From positions 192,001 through 256,000 of the forward strand of contig CAVYHE010000003.1 in the NCBI GenBank assembly GCA_963768305.1: 64,000 nucleotides of DNA, written 5' to 3'. The DNA comes from an uncultured bacterium (GTDB lineage: Bacteria > Margulisbacteria > WOR-1 > CAVSGV01). Position numbers and translations under genes: made by a program. The notes beneath the pieces were generated by a model. The model saw nothing but the letters and a program-made list of their open reading frames with translations. It made no database searches and was not told where the DNA came from. Below, in pieces: positions 22,222-32,666 of the stretch. Numbering within the stretch: position 1 is the stretch's first letter; each line of letters starts with the position of its first letter.

Positions 22222-22972
22222 ATCGTATCAATAGAGTGAGCCAGTGAACGCTTAGATTGATCTTTACCATAAGTGAAGGATGCTTCTTGTAGAAGAGAAC
22301 GGATGATCTGCCGACCTGCCTTCTTCTGGAGCAGCTTTCTTCAAATGTCCATCCGACGCCGAAAATGTAGCCGACAGCGTTAGGATTTATCTTGAATTCA
22401 CAACCCGCTTCCTTAAGGCGGTAACCCATTTCCGCGTCCTGCAGGCCGTATTCTTTAAAATCCTCGTCGAAGCCGAATACAGACATCAATGCCTTTTTCT
22501 TGACCGAAATATTGTTCGTAATAAAGACCCTGAAAGGCTGTTGCTCATATGCCGGGGATTTGAATCGCCCTTCATCGATATAATCGGTTCCTTTCGGCGC
22601 ATTTTCCGCTGCTTCAATGAATTCAACACGCCCTCGGACAACATCGACGCCGTATTTATCATGATATTTGACATGTTCTTCCACCAGCCGCCGGTCAACG
22701 ACGATATGGTCATCAATGAAAAGGAGGATATCTCCGGACGCGATCTCAAGCCCCATATTCCTGGCGGCGGACCTGCCGGAATTCGCCTGCCAGACATGCT
22801 TGATCGGGTAGGGGAGTCGAAGCTCCTTTATCATCTGATGGGTACCGTCGGTGGAGCCGTCATCGGCAACTATGACTTCGAAGTCTTTGAATGTCTGTCC
22901 GTTAATGGAAAGCAAAGTGGTTTTCAGCGTTTCTTTCCTGTTATATGTAGGTATAATAATGCTTAATTTCAT
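22166..22972 (-). CDS. Glycosyltransferase family 2 domain, probably the N-terminal half of a GT2-GT4 fusion
   Basis: IIPTYNR, DDGSTDGT, RSAARN.G, FIDD, GFDEDF..YG. Confidence 0.88.
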   Translation of the reverse strand: MKLSIIIPTYNRKETLKTTLLSINGQTFKDFEVIVADDGSTDGTHQMIKELRLPYPIKHVWQANSGRSAARNMGLEIASGDILLFIDDHIVVDRRLVEEHVKYHDKYGVDVVRGRVEFIEAAENAPKGTDYIDEGRFKSPAYEQQPFRVFITNNISVKKKALMSVFGFDEDFKEYGLQDAEMGYRLKEAGCEFKINPNAVGYIFGVGWTFEESCSRRRQVGRSSVLFYKKHPSLMVKINLSVHWLTLLIRYDTFKIREPPAKENAEIL

Positions 22973-23871
22973 ATCGATCTCACAAAAGCCGCTAACTTGG
23001 TCATGAGGGACATTAAAGCATATAGAATTCCAAGTATTAGGCCTATCTGTAAAAGATCAAATAACCAAAGCGCAACAACAGATAAAGCCCCTTTATGCTT
23101 CATGAAATAATAATTCCTGCTTTTTCTCCAATACACGGTCCCATTCAGGATCTGGAACAGGTTTTTCCATTGTTTAAAGCTTTGACTTAAATGATGTTTT
23201 ATCCGGGCATCAGGCATAAAAAAGATCTTATAGCCCGCTGTTTTTATCCTGAAGCATAGATCGACCTCATCGAACCAGATGAATATCTTTTCATCAAATA
23301 AGCCGACATTATCAAGTACGTCTTTTCTGATCATGAGAGCGGAACCCATAGGCTGGTCCACTTCGCGGACATCGTTGAAATCCCACCATGTCATGAAATA
23401 TTTTCCGAATATCCTGCTTTTCGGAAAAAGAGAATCAAGAAAAATCGAATTGTAGAGAATAACGTCAAGCGCGGGGAATGTCTTGCATGATCGCTGGAGC
23501 GTGCCGTCGGTATTCAGGAGCTTGCAGCCAAGCGCTCCGCAATCGCTTTTTTTATCCATAAAGCGGACCATGGTCGTAAGTGCATTATCGATTATTTCAG
23601 TATCGGGGTTCAAAAGCATTATGTATCTGCCCTTTGATATCCTGATAGCCTGATTGTTCGCCCTTGAGAAGCCGGCATTTTCCTTGTTCACGATCAGTTT
23701 GACCTGCGGGAATTCCGCTTTTACCATATCAACACTTCTATCGGATGAAGCGTTATCTACGACGATCACCTCATAAATTATCCCGTTGGTATTATCTAAT
23801 ATTGACCTGAGACACGCCTTAAGCAGAGCTTCAACGTTCCAGTTGACTATGCAGATGGAGAGATCAAGCAT
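22969..23871 (-). CDS. Glycosyltransferase family 2 (WbbL-like)
   Basis: IVNWN, VDNASSD, GFSRANN, LLNPDT, EVDLCFR. Confidence 0.9.
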   Translation of the reverse strand: MLDLSICIVNWNVEALLKACLRSILDNTNGIIYEVIVVDNASSDRSVDMVKAEFPQVKLIVNKENAGFSRANNQAIRISKGRYIMLLNPDTEIIDNALTTMVRFMDKKSDCGALGCKLLNTDGTLQRSCKTFPALDVILYNSIFLDSLFPKSRIFGKYFMTWWDFNDVREVDQPMGSALMIRKDVLDNVGLFDEKIFIWFDEVDLCFRIKTAGYKIFFMPDARIKHHLSQSFKQWKNLFQILNGTVYWRKSRNYYFMKHKGALSVVALWLFDLLQIGLILGILYALMSLMTKLAAFVRSI

Positions 23872-24922
23872 TGGCAGCCTGTTTTATCGCTGAAACGAAT
23901 TTGATCGAAGCGGCATCCAGCGAATAATTTTGAACGACGAGTTCCCTTGCCTTTTTCCCCATCTGTTCCCTCAGGTCCTTGTTCTCGATGAGCGTCGACA
24001 GCTTTTCTTCCCAATCGGAGGGGGTTTTTGCAAGAAAGCCTGTTTCGCCGTCCTTAAGCAAGGTGGTGTTGATCCCAACGGGGCTGGCTACCGCCGGAAT
24101 ACCCAAAGCCATGTACTGCAAAAGCTTGTACGAACCTTTTCCGCGCGACCATTCGTCGTCCGTGAGAGGCATGATCCCGATGTCGAACTTGGCCAGTTCA
24201 TGAAGCTCCGTGTCCAGCTTCCACTCGATCAGGCTGATATTTTTCTCTTTCGTGACGAAATTGCGCGTTCCTATCAAGTTTACTCTTACATTCGGATACT
24301 TCCTGGAAAGTTCTTCCAGGACATTTTGGATGTCAAAAAGATAAAATGTATTGCTCAGGCTCCCGATCCAGCCTATAGTCGCAATATCTCGGCCTTTCTT
24401 GTTCGATGGATGGTATCGGTTCGTGTCGATCGGTCCCAGTATCGTCGTCACGTTCGCGCAATTCTGCCTGGCGACATCTTCTGTGGATGGCAGCTCTACT
24501 ATCATATGTTTCGCGCTTTTCATGTATTCTATCGCGGCGTTCACGCGAACCGGCTGTTTAATTTTCGCCAGCTCCGCTGAATGTAAAGTGTAGATTGCGT
24601 CATCGATATCATATATATATTTGATCTTCAACGTCCTTAAAAGCCAGAGGAGACGCATAAGGGTGATCTTTTGGACGAATACGACATCATATTTTTTCAT
24701 TTTCAGCAGGGCCCAGGTGATCTTCGCGGTCATGACGAAATAGTTCAATATTTCTCCAAGAAATAATTTAAGGACGGGATTCTTCGGCCTGAACGCCTTC
24801 CCGTTCCAGGCAACTATGTCATATTCAATGTCGTTGTCCTTGAGATAGGGGAGGAACTGGTACACCCGCGTCCTGCTGCTGGCGCGGGTTTCATCGTCAA
24901 CCGTTAAAAATAGGACTTTCAT
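23864..24922 (-). CDS. Glycosyltransferase family 4
   Basis: ASSRTR, YDIDDAI, IGWIGS, DIGIMPL...GK..YKLLQYMALGIPAVASPVG. Confidence 0.9.
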   Translation of the reverse strand: MKVLFLTVDDETRASSRTRVYQFLPYLKDNDIEYDIVAWNGKAFRPKNPVLKLFLGEILNYFVMTAKITWALLKMKKYDVVFVQKITLMRLLWLLRTLKIKYIYDIDDAIYTLHSAELAKIKQPVRVNAAIEYMKSAKHMIVELPSTEDVARQNCANVTTILGPIDTNRYHPSNKKGRDIATIGWIGSLSNTFYLFDIQNVLEELSRKYPNVRVNLIGTRNFVTKEKNISLIEWKLDTELHELAKFDIGIMPLTDDEWSRGKGSYKLLQYMALGIPAVASPVGINTTLLKDGETGFLAKTPSDWEEKLSTLIENKDLREQMGKKARELVVQNYSLDAASIKFVSAIKQAANA

Positions 24923-24924
24923 CT

Positions 24925-24994
24925 TTATTTTTTATAGAAGGACCGGATGGCCCTGATCACCTTTGCCGATAGATGGTTTGGAAACGGGGATCAT
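24925..24994 (-). pseudogene. Deletion scar of a DegT-family aminotransferase gene
   Basis: MIPVSKPSIGK is joined out of frame to KVIRAIRSFYKK*; both ends resemble the termini of the intact gene at 26237..27361. Confidence 0.7.
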
Positions 24995-25057
24995 AATCAG
25001 GCAATTATATCACAAAATTTGCGGGGTATGAACGCAAAGCGGGTATCCCGGCAGTGT

Positions 25058-26240
25058 TCATTTAAGCAGGCTGTCGTACAGCGCCTCTATCTCGTTCGCG
25101 ACCCTTTCCCACGAGAAATTGTCTTCCATTTTCTTTCGCGCTGCGCGGCCGAAAATGTCGCATTTAACAGGATCATGGATGAGTCCGCCGATCTTTTCAG
25201 CCATCTCACTGATGTTTTCCGGCTCAACAAGCAAGCCGGTCTTTCCATCGTCGATTATCTCCGGGATGCCGCCGCGGCGGCTTCCGATAACAGCCAGCCC
25301 TGAAGCCGACGCCTCGGCAAATACCAGCCCGAACGCTTCATCCCAGAGGGAAGGCCCGACGAATACGTTGCTGAGCAGATAAATGTCCTGCATTTCTTTC
25401 GGCGGGATGTAGCCGGTAAAGACCACGTTATCCTTTATCTCTGCCGCGCTGGCTTTCACTTTCTTTGCGAATGCGTCCCTCGGTTCTTCATTGTCCTTTG
25501 AGCCGCCGACAATTATCAATTTCGCCTTCGGCTCGTTCTTTAGGACCAGCTTGAAAGCGTCCACCAAAAGATGGACACCCTTCCTCTCCCTTATGGCTCC
25601 GACGAAGAGGACGTTCCTTGACCCTTCGACACCGTATTTTTTCCTGAGGGCGGCTGCTTTGTCCTTTTGCTCCCATATCGGCCTGAATTTGTCCAGATTC
25701 ACTCCGTTCAGGATCACGCGGCTTTTGCCGGCGTACTGCGGATATTTGTTCGTTATCTCAAAATCAATACGTGAACCTGCTTACCGCGACATAAGCGTCG
25801 ATCGAATCAAAAACTTTTATCGCCTGTTTTGTAGAGAGCATATCAGCGATGTTCTGGTTATGCTCATGAAGGACCAATTTCACTTTATCGCCCAGTTTTC
25901 CTCTTAAATAAGGCATATAAAGAGGCCTGTTCCTTACATGGATCAGCTTGATATCCAATTCTTTGATCAAACGGACCATTTTATATAAATAGCAGAAAAA
26001 AGGCGCATCAAATGAATAAACAGGGAATATCAGTTTATCCAGGATGCCGCACCTCACCCTGTAATTCCGTATTTTATCTATTTCCTCTATATCCGGCCGG
26101 TTCTCCATATGAGAGGAAAAAACATACGGTTCGTATTTCCTGAACCTTTTTGCGGTTTCCTCAACACCTGTTTGAACTGCGCCTTGATATGGGGATGGAT
26201 TGAGCGAGCCTTCTCCAAGGATGATGGCAGCCTTTTTCAT
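25058..26240 (-). CDS. Glycosyltransferase family 4 (frameshifted near 25760)
   Basis: IHVRNRP, AVS, NGVNLDKF, EAFGLVFAEASASG. Confidence 0.88.
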
Positions 26241-27361
26241 GATTGTTCTTTAAAGAAAGCTTTAATGGCCTTTATTATCTTCGTTTGTTCAGCGGCGGAG
26301 AGATCGGGATACAGGGGAAGGGTCAGTATCTCTTCCCAGACTTTTTCGGTCGCGGGAAGTTTAGTGGCGGATCCCTTGTAAAGAGTGAAGAGATGGCTCG
26401 GAATATAGTGAATGCCGGAATCTATCCCGTGATCCTTTAGATGTTGCATCAAGCCGTCCCTGTTGTTCTTGACCTTTATTATGTACATAAAGAACGCGAT
26501 ATCCTTGTAATCGGTTTTTAGCAGTTCCAGACCGGGGATCCTGCCAAGTTCTTTGTCATACCTTTTGGCGATATTTATCCTTTTGGCGTTAAGTTTTTTG
26601 AATTTCTTCAGCTGTACGAGCCCGATGGCGGCATTTATGTTGCTCATATGGTACCTGTATCCAGGGACAAGCACATCATAGAACCAGCTGCGCTCGTGTT
26701 TATATCTGCTCCATGTATCCTTGTCTATTCCAAGGATCCTTTTCTTCTGTATCAGTGAAGCAAGGGAGCTGTCGCGTATCGCTATGGCGCCGCCTTCTCC
26801 GCATGTCACGACCTTTATTGGATCAAAACTGAAACATGTCACGTCGCCGAAAGATCCGATGGGTTTGCCTTTGTAATGTGAACCGAAAGCGTGAGCTGCG
26901 TCTTCGACTATCTTTATATTGTGTTTCTTGGCAAGGGACATTAGAGCGTCCATATCGCAGGGGATGCCTCTGTAATGCACGGGGATTATCGCCTTCGTAT
27001 TGCTCGTGATCTTCCTTTCAACGTCCCTGACATCTATATTCAACGTATTTGGCTCTATGTCGGAAAAAACAGGTGTTGCGCCTGTTGACGTGATCGCCTG
27101 GACGGTCGCAACGAAAGTAAGGGAGGGGACTATCACTTCATCGCCTTCCTTGACGCCCAATGCGTCCAGCGCGAGGTGTATGGCCGTTGTCCCGGTGTTG
27201 ACCGCGATGACCGTCGAGCCCCCGAGGAACGCGGAGATATTATCCTCAAATTCTTTCACGGAAGAGCCCATCCCGAGCCAGCCGCTGTCAAAGACCTTTT
27301 TAACGGCCGCAAGCTCTTCTTTTCCTATTGAGGGGCGTGATACGGGTATCATTTTTGGCAT
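26237..27361 (-). CDS. DegT/DnrJ/EryC1/StrS aminotransferase
   Basis: NTGTTAIHLAL, EDAAHAFG, FSFDPIKVVTCGEGG. Confidence 0.93.
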   Translation of the reverse strand: MPKMIPVSRPSIGKEELAAVKKVFDSGWLGMGSSVKEFEDNISAFLGGSTVIAVNTGTTAIHLALDALGVKEGDEVIVPSLTFVATVQAITSTGATPVFSDIEPNTLNIDVRDVERKITSNTKAIIPVHYRGIPCDMDALMSLAKKHNIKIVEDAAHAFGSHYKGKPIGSFGDVTCFSFDPIKVVTCGEGGAIAIRDSSLASLIQKKRILGIDKDTWSRYKHERSWFYDVLVPGYRYHMSNINAAIGLVQLKKFKKLNAKRINIAKRYDKELGRIPGLELLKTDYKDIAFFMYIIKVKNNRDGLMQHLKDHGIDSGIHYIPSHLFTLYKGSATKLPATEKVWEEILTLPLYPDLSAAEQTKIIKAIKAFFKEQS

Positions 27362-27368
27362 TTAGATA

Positions 27369-27377
27369 ATTATATCA
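27369..27377 (-). promoter_or_regulatory. Extended -10 promoter, leaderless arrangement
   Basis: TGATATAAT 7 nt before ATG 27361; no Shine-Dalgarno. Confidence 0.6.
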
Positions 27378-27382
27378 CAAAA

Positions 27383-28735
27383 CTATTTTTCTTCATCCCC
27401 GGGCGCGATCGAGAAAGCAAGAAAGACAGATACGGGAGCCAGGCCGATAAGCAGCCTGTGGAATGACGATGTAAGGTTGTTTGCGACAGTGAGCATGTAA
27501 ACCTCGAAATACAATGCAAGGGAGATGACAAGAAAAATAAATACATATCCCATGTTCGAACGGGTCATTTTCCGCCTTCCCGCGACCAGAAGTATCGTTA
27601 TTATTATCCAGAAATACTGCCAGCTGTATGTGTTGAGATAGAGCTGGAAGAAGAAATGGCCGGCTATTTCAGGAGCCCTTCCGATGTTCTCCATTGTGGA
27701 GATAAAGATATTATGGCTTTTTATCATATGACTGGAAATGTGATAGCTTGCTGAAACAGCCTGGTAGGGGGCAAATATCAGCGCTGCAACAGCCATGAAC
27801 ATGAGGAATCCGTTCAAAGCCGTGCGGTATCCGATCTTTTTGTATGAGAATGCCATGAAAAGCGCGAGAGTTGCTGACAATCCGAGGAACAAGGCTATTC
27901 CTTCATTCTTTGTGAATGCGGAAAACCCTATAAAGATCGCTGACAGAAGAAGGTGGCCGAAGTTCTTTTCCTCCATCCATCTGACAAAATAAACGGTTGA
28001 TATCAAGGTGAACATGCCGAGCAGGAGGTCAAGATAGCCGTTGGCGGCATATGTAAGGACATGCCTGTTCGCAAGCAGCAGCAAACATCCCAGGGCCGAC
28101 ATGTTCCTGTTCGTATACCGCCTTAGAGACGCATAAAGGAACGGAATGAAAAGTATGTACTGCACGATAAAGAACATCCTGAGAAGGATATCGTTCCATT
28201 CCCGCAGGCACACGCTTATCCATGCCAGGTTCAAGGGAACAAGAAGCGGATATTCCGGGCTTGAATAAGAATAGAGCGGAAGCTTGAATATCTCGAAAGG
28301 GATGCGCCCCTCAAAATACAATATTTTTGCTTTCATGAACCACATCGCGAAGGCGTCCTTGGAGAAGATCGGGGAGACTAGGCCGTCAAGGAACAGTGCG
28401 ATGCACAGCAGGCCGAGCACCAAGAAAGATATCAGCATGATCGAAGGCTTGATCCATTCCCGTTTTATCATCGGCATCTTTATGATAATTACTGATCTGA
28501 TATTTAAAAGGAAATATATGATAAAAGGCAAGCTTACGGTTGATAAACCGAATCGAATATGCATCATGGAAAGCAGGAACATATACAAGCCGATGACGCC
28601 TGTGCCGGCAAAGAAGTAAAGTGTTGGCTTGATCATTGAAGGCTCGTCCTCCAGCCCGAAAAGCTTGAATCCCAGCAGAAGACGGCCTGCAAGAAAAATT
28701 ATCGCGAAAGCATATATTAATGAAATGTATATCAT
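27383..28735 (-). CDS. Polytopic membrane protein, GT-C-like glycosyltransferase
   Basis: Many TM helices; DAFAMWFMKAK, EYPLLVP, GYLD, FTKNEG. Confidence 0.65.
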   Translation of the reverse strand: MIYISLIYAFAIIFLAGRLLLGFKLFGLEDEPSMIKPTLYFFAGTGVIGLYMFLLSMMHIRFGLSTVSLPFIIYFLLNIRSVIIIKMPMIKREWIKPSIMLISFLVLGLLCIALFLDGLVSPIFSKDAFAMWFMKAKILYFEGRIPFEIFKLPLYSYSSPEYPLLVPLNLAWISVCLREWNDILLRMFFIVQYILFIPFLYASLRRYTNRNMSALGCLLLLANRHVLTYAANGYLDLLLGMFTLISTVYFVRWMEEKNFGHLLLSAIFIGFSAFTKNEGIALFLGLSATLALFMAFSYKKIGYRTALNGFLMFMAVAALIFAPYQAVSASYHISSHMIKSHNIFISTMENIGRAPEIAGHFFFQLYLNTYSWQYFWIIITILLVAGRRKMTRSNMGYVFIFLVISLALYFEVYMLTVANNLTSSFHRLLIGLAPVSVFLAFSIAPGDEEK

Positions 28736-29178
28736 CTGATCACGAACAATCCCGTGCTGTCTTTAACGCCTATGAGCGAATAATTGCGGCCGTTGAGAAC
28801 GAGATATCTTTTGCCGCCGGAGCCTTTCAGTTTAAGAGTATCGAGCCTTGGCGCGAAAAAGTATCTCGCATCGTTTTCGTTGATGCTGGACGGGAAGAGG
28901 AAATAGTTCATCCGGTGGCGGTATCTGTCATACGAACTATTATCCTCCCGCGAGGTGATAAGCCCGTAGGAACCTATTTCCGGAAAGGAACAGCGGATCC
29001 AATCGTAATAACGGTAAACCTGATATCTGTTGTATTTAAGCTCAACATAATCCTGTTTGGCCAGATAGCTTTTATTTACGAGGTTCGGGAAATCCAGCGC
29101 CAGGTCTTCAATGAAATTGAATGCCGATACAACGCTGATGAGGACAGCAACGTAAAGGAATAATTTATATGGCTTCAT
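28732..29178 (-). CDS. Hypothetical membrane-anchored protein
   Basis: ORF overlapping both neighbours by 4 nt; N-terminal hydrophobic segment, NYFLFP. Confidence 0.6.
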   Translation of the reverse strand: MKPYKLFLYVAVLISVVSAFNFIEDLALDFPNLVNKSYLAKQDYVELKYNRYQVYRYYDWIRCSFPEIGSYGLITSREDNSSYDRYRHRMNYFLFPSSINENDARYFFAPRLDTLKLKGSGGKRYLVLNGRNYSLIGVKDSTGLFVIR

Positions 29179-30119
29179 AAAGAGTTCAAAATGTCTTTGT
29201 CGCGAACTATGAATTTCGTCCTCTTTCTTTCGGAGATCGCCCGGGGCAGGAGCAAGAGCGCCTCAAAAAAGGCGATGAACCGCGCACGGTCATAGAACAC
29301 GCTTATGAACAAGTTGAGCGGAAGCAGTGCCACATGAGCAAGGATCAATTTCAGGTCCGTCAGGTTCTTCCATGTGAACAAAAAAGAGTTCCTCCTTGAA
29401 ATGATCCTTCTTCCGCGGATCTTTTTTGTTTCCTGGTCGAACGTATAGCTTTCATAATGATATATCACGCTTTTCGGCTCGTAGATGAACATAATCCCGC
29501 TCTTCCAGGCCCTGTATCCGAGATCCGTGTCTTCCCATGTATAAGGGGCGTAAATATCGTCGAAGCCTCCCAGCTCGACGAATTTCTTCCTGTCATAAGC
29601 GCTGTTCGCCTCATAATATGTAAAGCCGAGCTTGTCAATTATCGGATCATCGTTTTTGTACGGATACGGGCCGGCTTCGATGAGCCCGAAACGGAATTCC
29701 ACTCGGTTCTTTCCGCCGTTGTAATTCCCTTTGAAATCAAGCTGCTTCGGCGTGACAGCGAAAACCTATTATCTTCAAAATGATGGACAAGCGGAGCTAT
29801 GAAATCCGGAGCGACCCTGACGTCGTTGTTAAGGAGAACTATGATATCGCTGTCAAGCTTTGGAATGAGATCATTGTATGAGAACAGATACGCGATTATT
29901 CCGGCGCAATGACGATCTTAACCTGGGGAAATGTTTTTTTATGTATTCAAGGCTGTTGTCGGTGCTTTTATTGTCCAGGACAATTACCTGGCAGGGGAGA
30001 GGGGACCTTTTAGCCGCCTCCACAATCGATGGCAGACATTGCGGCAAAATTGCGGCCCCATTGTAATTCAGGATGATTATATCGATCTTACTCATTATAC
30101 GTGCCGTGTCATTTGCCAT
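29175..30119 (-). CDS. Glycosyltransferase family 2 (several frameshifts)
   Basis: IIILNYNG, LDNKSTDNS, LLNNDV, LGGFDDIYAPYTWEDTDLGYRAWK. Confidence 0.82.
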
Positions 30120-31224
30120 TGGAGAAAATATCTCTTATAGTCTTTGCGATATATCTTATCTGCTTTTCCGTTAAGTTCGTTGAAGAGGGAAGATAAAGGC
30201 CGTTCTTCCAGAGTTTATCGGCAACAGGGCAGGGAATGTACTTATATCCGGGGACCGATCTTAAGAACGGCTGCCGGCTCATGGGGCAAAAGAAAGTGCG
30301 CGTATCTATCCCTTTTTTATAAAGTTTTCTCACTAGTTCGTCCCTTGTCAACTCGAATTTCGGACCTACAACAAGCGCATACATCCAGTAAACGTTCTTT
30401 GCCCATGCCAGCTCTGCGGGAAGCTGAATGCCGGGTATGCCCGATAAATACCTGTTATATGTGCGCGCAACACGCCTTTTTTCATTAACAGTTCTTTTGA
30501 TCTTCTTTAATTGCGCAAGCCCCATGGCGGCCTGATAGCCGGTCATCCGGAAATTATAACCGGCGTATTTATGAAGGAACCTGGGCTTGGAAAAAGCCAG
30601 GTTCCTTAAGAGCCTTAGCCGGTCAGCAAGTCTTTTATCATCCGTAACGATCATTCCGCCTTCGCCTGTGGTGATGATCTTATTCGCGTAAAAACTGAAG
30701 CATCCCATATCGCCGAAACTTCCCGTCATTTTCCCGCGGCAGGTCGCTCCGTGGGATTCTGCGCAATCCTCTATTACCGTCAGATGGTGCTTTTTTGCGA
30801 TCTTCATTAAACGGTCCATATCCACCGGATGACCGTACAGATGGACAGGGATGATCGCTTTTGTCCTGGGAGTTATCAGGCCTTCTACAAGGTCCAGATC
30901 AAGGTTCCAGGTGATATTTTCCGAATCTACCGGAACGGGGACAGCTCTATTGTGGTAAACGGCGAGCGCGGTCGCGATATTTGTGCTGGAGCTGATAAGG
31001 ACTTCGTCGCCTTCTTTAATGCCTGCGGCGGCAACAGCAAGATGCAGCGCCGTGGTCCCGCTTGTGACGGCTATGCCGTATTTACACCCGCAATATTTTG
31101 CAAATTTGTTCTCAAATTCTTCAAGGGCGATCCCGTAAGAACCGGATATTTCGCCCCGTTTTAGGGCGGCTACAACCGCCTTGATTTCCTCTTTCCCGAT
31201 CATAGGTTCGAATACCGGTATCAT
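30109..31224 (-). CDS. DegT-family aminotransferase (perosamine synthase-like)
   Basis: TSGTTALHLA, PVHLYGHP, EDCAESHG, FSFYANKIITTGEGG. Confidence 0.92.
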   Translation of the reverse strand: MIPVFEPMIGKEEIKAVVAALKRGEISGSYGIALEEFENKFAKYCGCKYGIAVTSGTTALHLAVAAAGIKEGDEVLISSSTNIATALAVYHNRAVPVPVDSENITWNLDLDLVEGLITPRTKAIIPVHLYGHPVDMDRLMKIAKKHHLTVIEDCAESHGATCRGKMTGSFGDMGCFSFYANKIITTGEGGMIVTDDKRLADRLRLLRNLAFSKPRFLHKYAGYNFRMTGYQAAMGLAQLKKIKRTVNEKRRVARTYNRYLSGIPGIQLPAELAWAKNVYWMYALVVGPKFELTRDELVRKLYKKGIDTRTFFCPMSRQPFLRSVPGYKYIPCPVADKLWKNGLYLPSSTNLTEKQIRYIAKTIRDIFSNGK

Positions 31225-31631
31225 TTATTCTCCCTGATCACGACCTTGTCGTTTTCAATCCCCATAAACGGGCCTTGTTTCACGCTTACACACTGAAAAT
31301 CCTCGATAGCGCGCAAGGAATGCGCTCCGCTGCACAGCAGAATAGAATCTCCCTTATCCAGAAGGATGGTTTTGAATAATTTGCCATTGTCATCAAAGAA
31401 ATCCATGGCCGCTTTGCCGCGCTGAACAGATAGCATCTGCTGCATATCATTTACTATCCTTTTGAAAGGTTTGTGTGAGTGGGGCGGTTCTTTATAACCT
31501 TTTTCATGGGCTATGACGCCGAACTGAAAAGAGGAATCGGGAGGGGAAAAGAACGTGGTTTTTGAGACTTTTAAATCCTTCCTCAGGACCTCCGCAAAAC
31601 GGACGCCGTCATGCTCAATGATCTCTATCAT
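31221..31631 (-). CDS. Cupin-fold protein
   Basis: PPHSH...LDKGDSILLCSGAHSL...VKQGPF. Confidence 0.6.
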   Translation of the reverse strand: MIEIIEHDGVRFAEVLRKDLKVSKTTFFSPPDSSFQFGVIAHEKGYKEPPHSHKPFKRIVNDMQQMLSVQRGKAAMDFFDDNGKLFKTILLDKGDSILLCSGAHSLRAIEDFQCVSVKQGPFMGIENDKVVIRENK

Positions 31632-32666
31632 AGCTCGATCTTCCGTCGGGAATCTTTTTTGTCCACCCAGACATCTTTTTCATCGGATATCTTTCTTTCC
31701 CATAACCATTTTTTTCCGTGGCTGTAAAAGTCGTCGATCGTATTCTGAAGTCCTTCTTCAAATGACACTTTTGGCTGCCATCCGGTAAGTTTTTTCATCT
31801 TTGAATAATTGCAGCGAAGAACGGAAACATCCAGCGGCCTCAGCCTTGTTTTGTCTATCTCGATATTTATGCGGTCATGCCCCATCAGTCCGCCGATGAT
31901 CTCGGCCATTTCTTTTACGCTCCAGTCCTTTCCGGTGCCCATATTGAAGACCTGGCCTTCGGCATCTTCCGCCTTCATAAGTGCGATCGCGCCTTTGGCC
32001 GCGTCTTCAACATATGTCAGGTCGCGCCTGGCATTGATATTGCCTAATTTTAATTTATTTCCCTTGCTTAATTGTGTGATGATCTCCGGGATAATATAAG
32101 GTTGCGTTTCTCTTGGGCCGAAAACATTGAACTGTCTCAAAATGACCACCGGGATCTCCTTGTTCATGGTGGAGCGTATAGCAAAGCCTGTCTGTCGCCA
32201 GTTTGCTGACGGCATATGTTGACAGGGGAAGGGTGGGGTGGTCTTCGTCCATCGGCACATATTTCGCCGAACCATACACTTCGGACGTGGAATACTGAAC
32301 GATCCTTTTTACGCCGGACTGTTTGCTTGCAAAAAGCACGTTAAGCGCTCCGTTCGCATTAACTTCGAAGAACCTGAGAGGCCTGTAATAGCAATGAGGA
32401 ATGTATGGTTCCGCTGCAAGATTGAAGACATATTCAGCGCCGCTCTTTTCAAGGATGCTCCTGAAATTCTTGCCGGTGATATCTCCCTTTATTATCTTGA
32501 TCTTCTGATCGAGCCCTTTCAGGTTGCTCATGTCGCCTGAAGTGAAAAGATCAAAAACAATGACCTTTGCGCCTTCTTTTACAAGCTCGCGAACCAGGGT
32601 CGAGCCAATGAACCCGGCGCCGCCAGTTACCATTATCTTTTTGTTCTTTAAACTATTCTCTTTCAT
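31628..32666 (-). CDS. NAD-dependent nucleotide-sugar epimerase/dehydratase (frameshifted)
   Basis: TGGAGFIG, STSEVYG, YAVSK, FNVFGPR. Confidence 0.9.
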
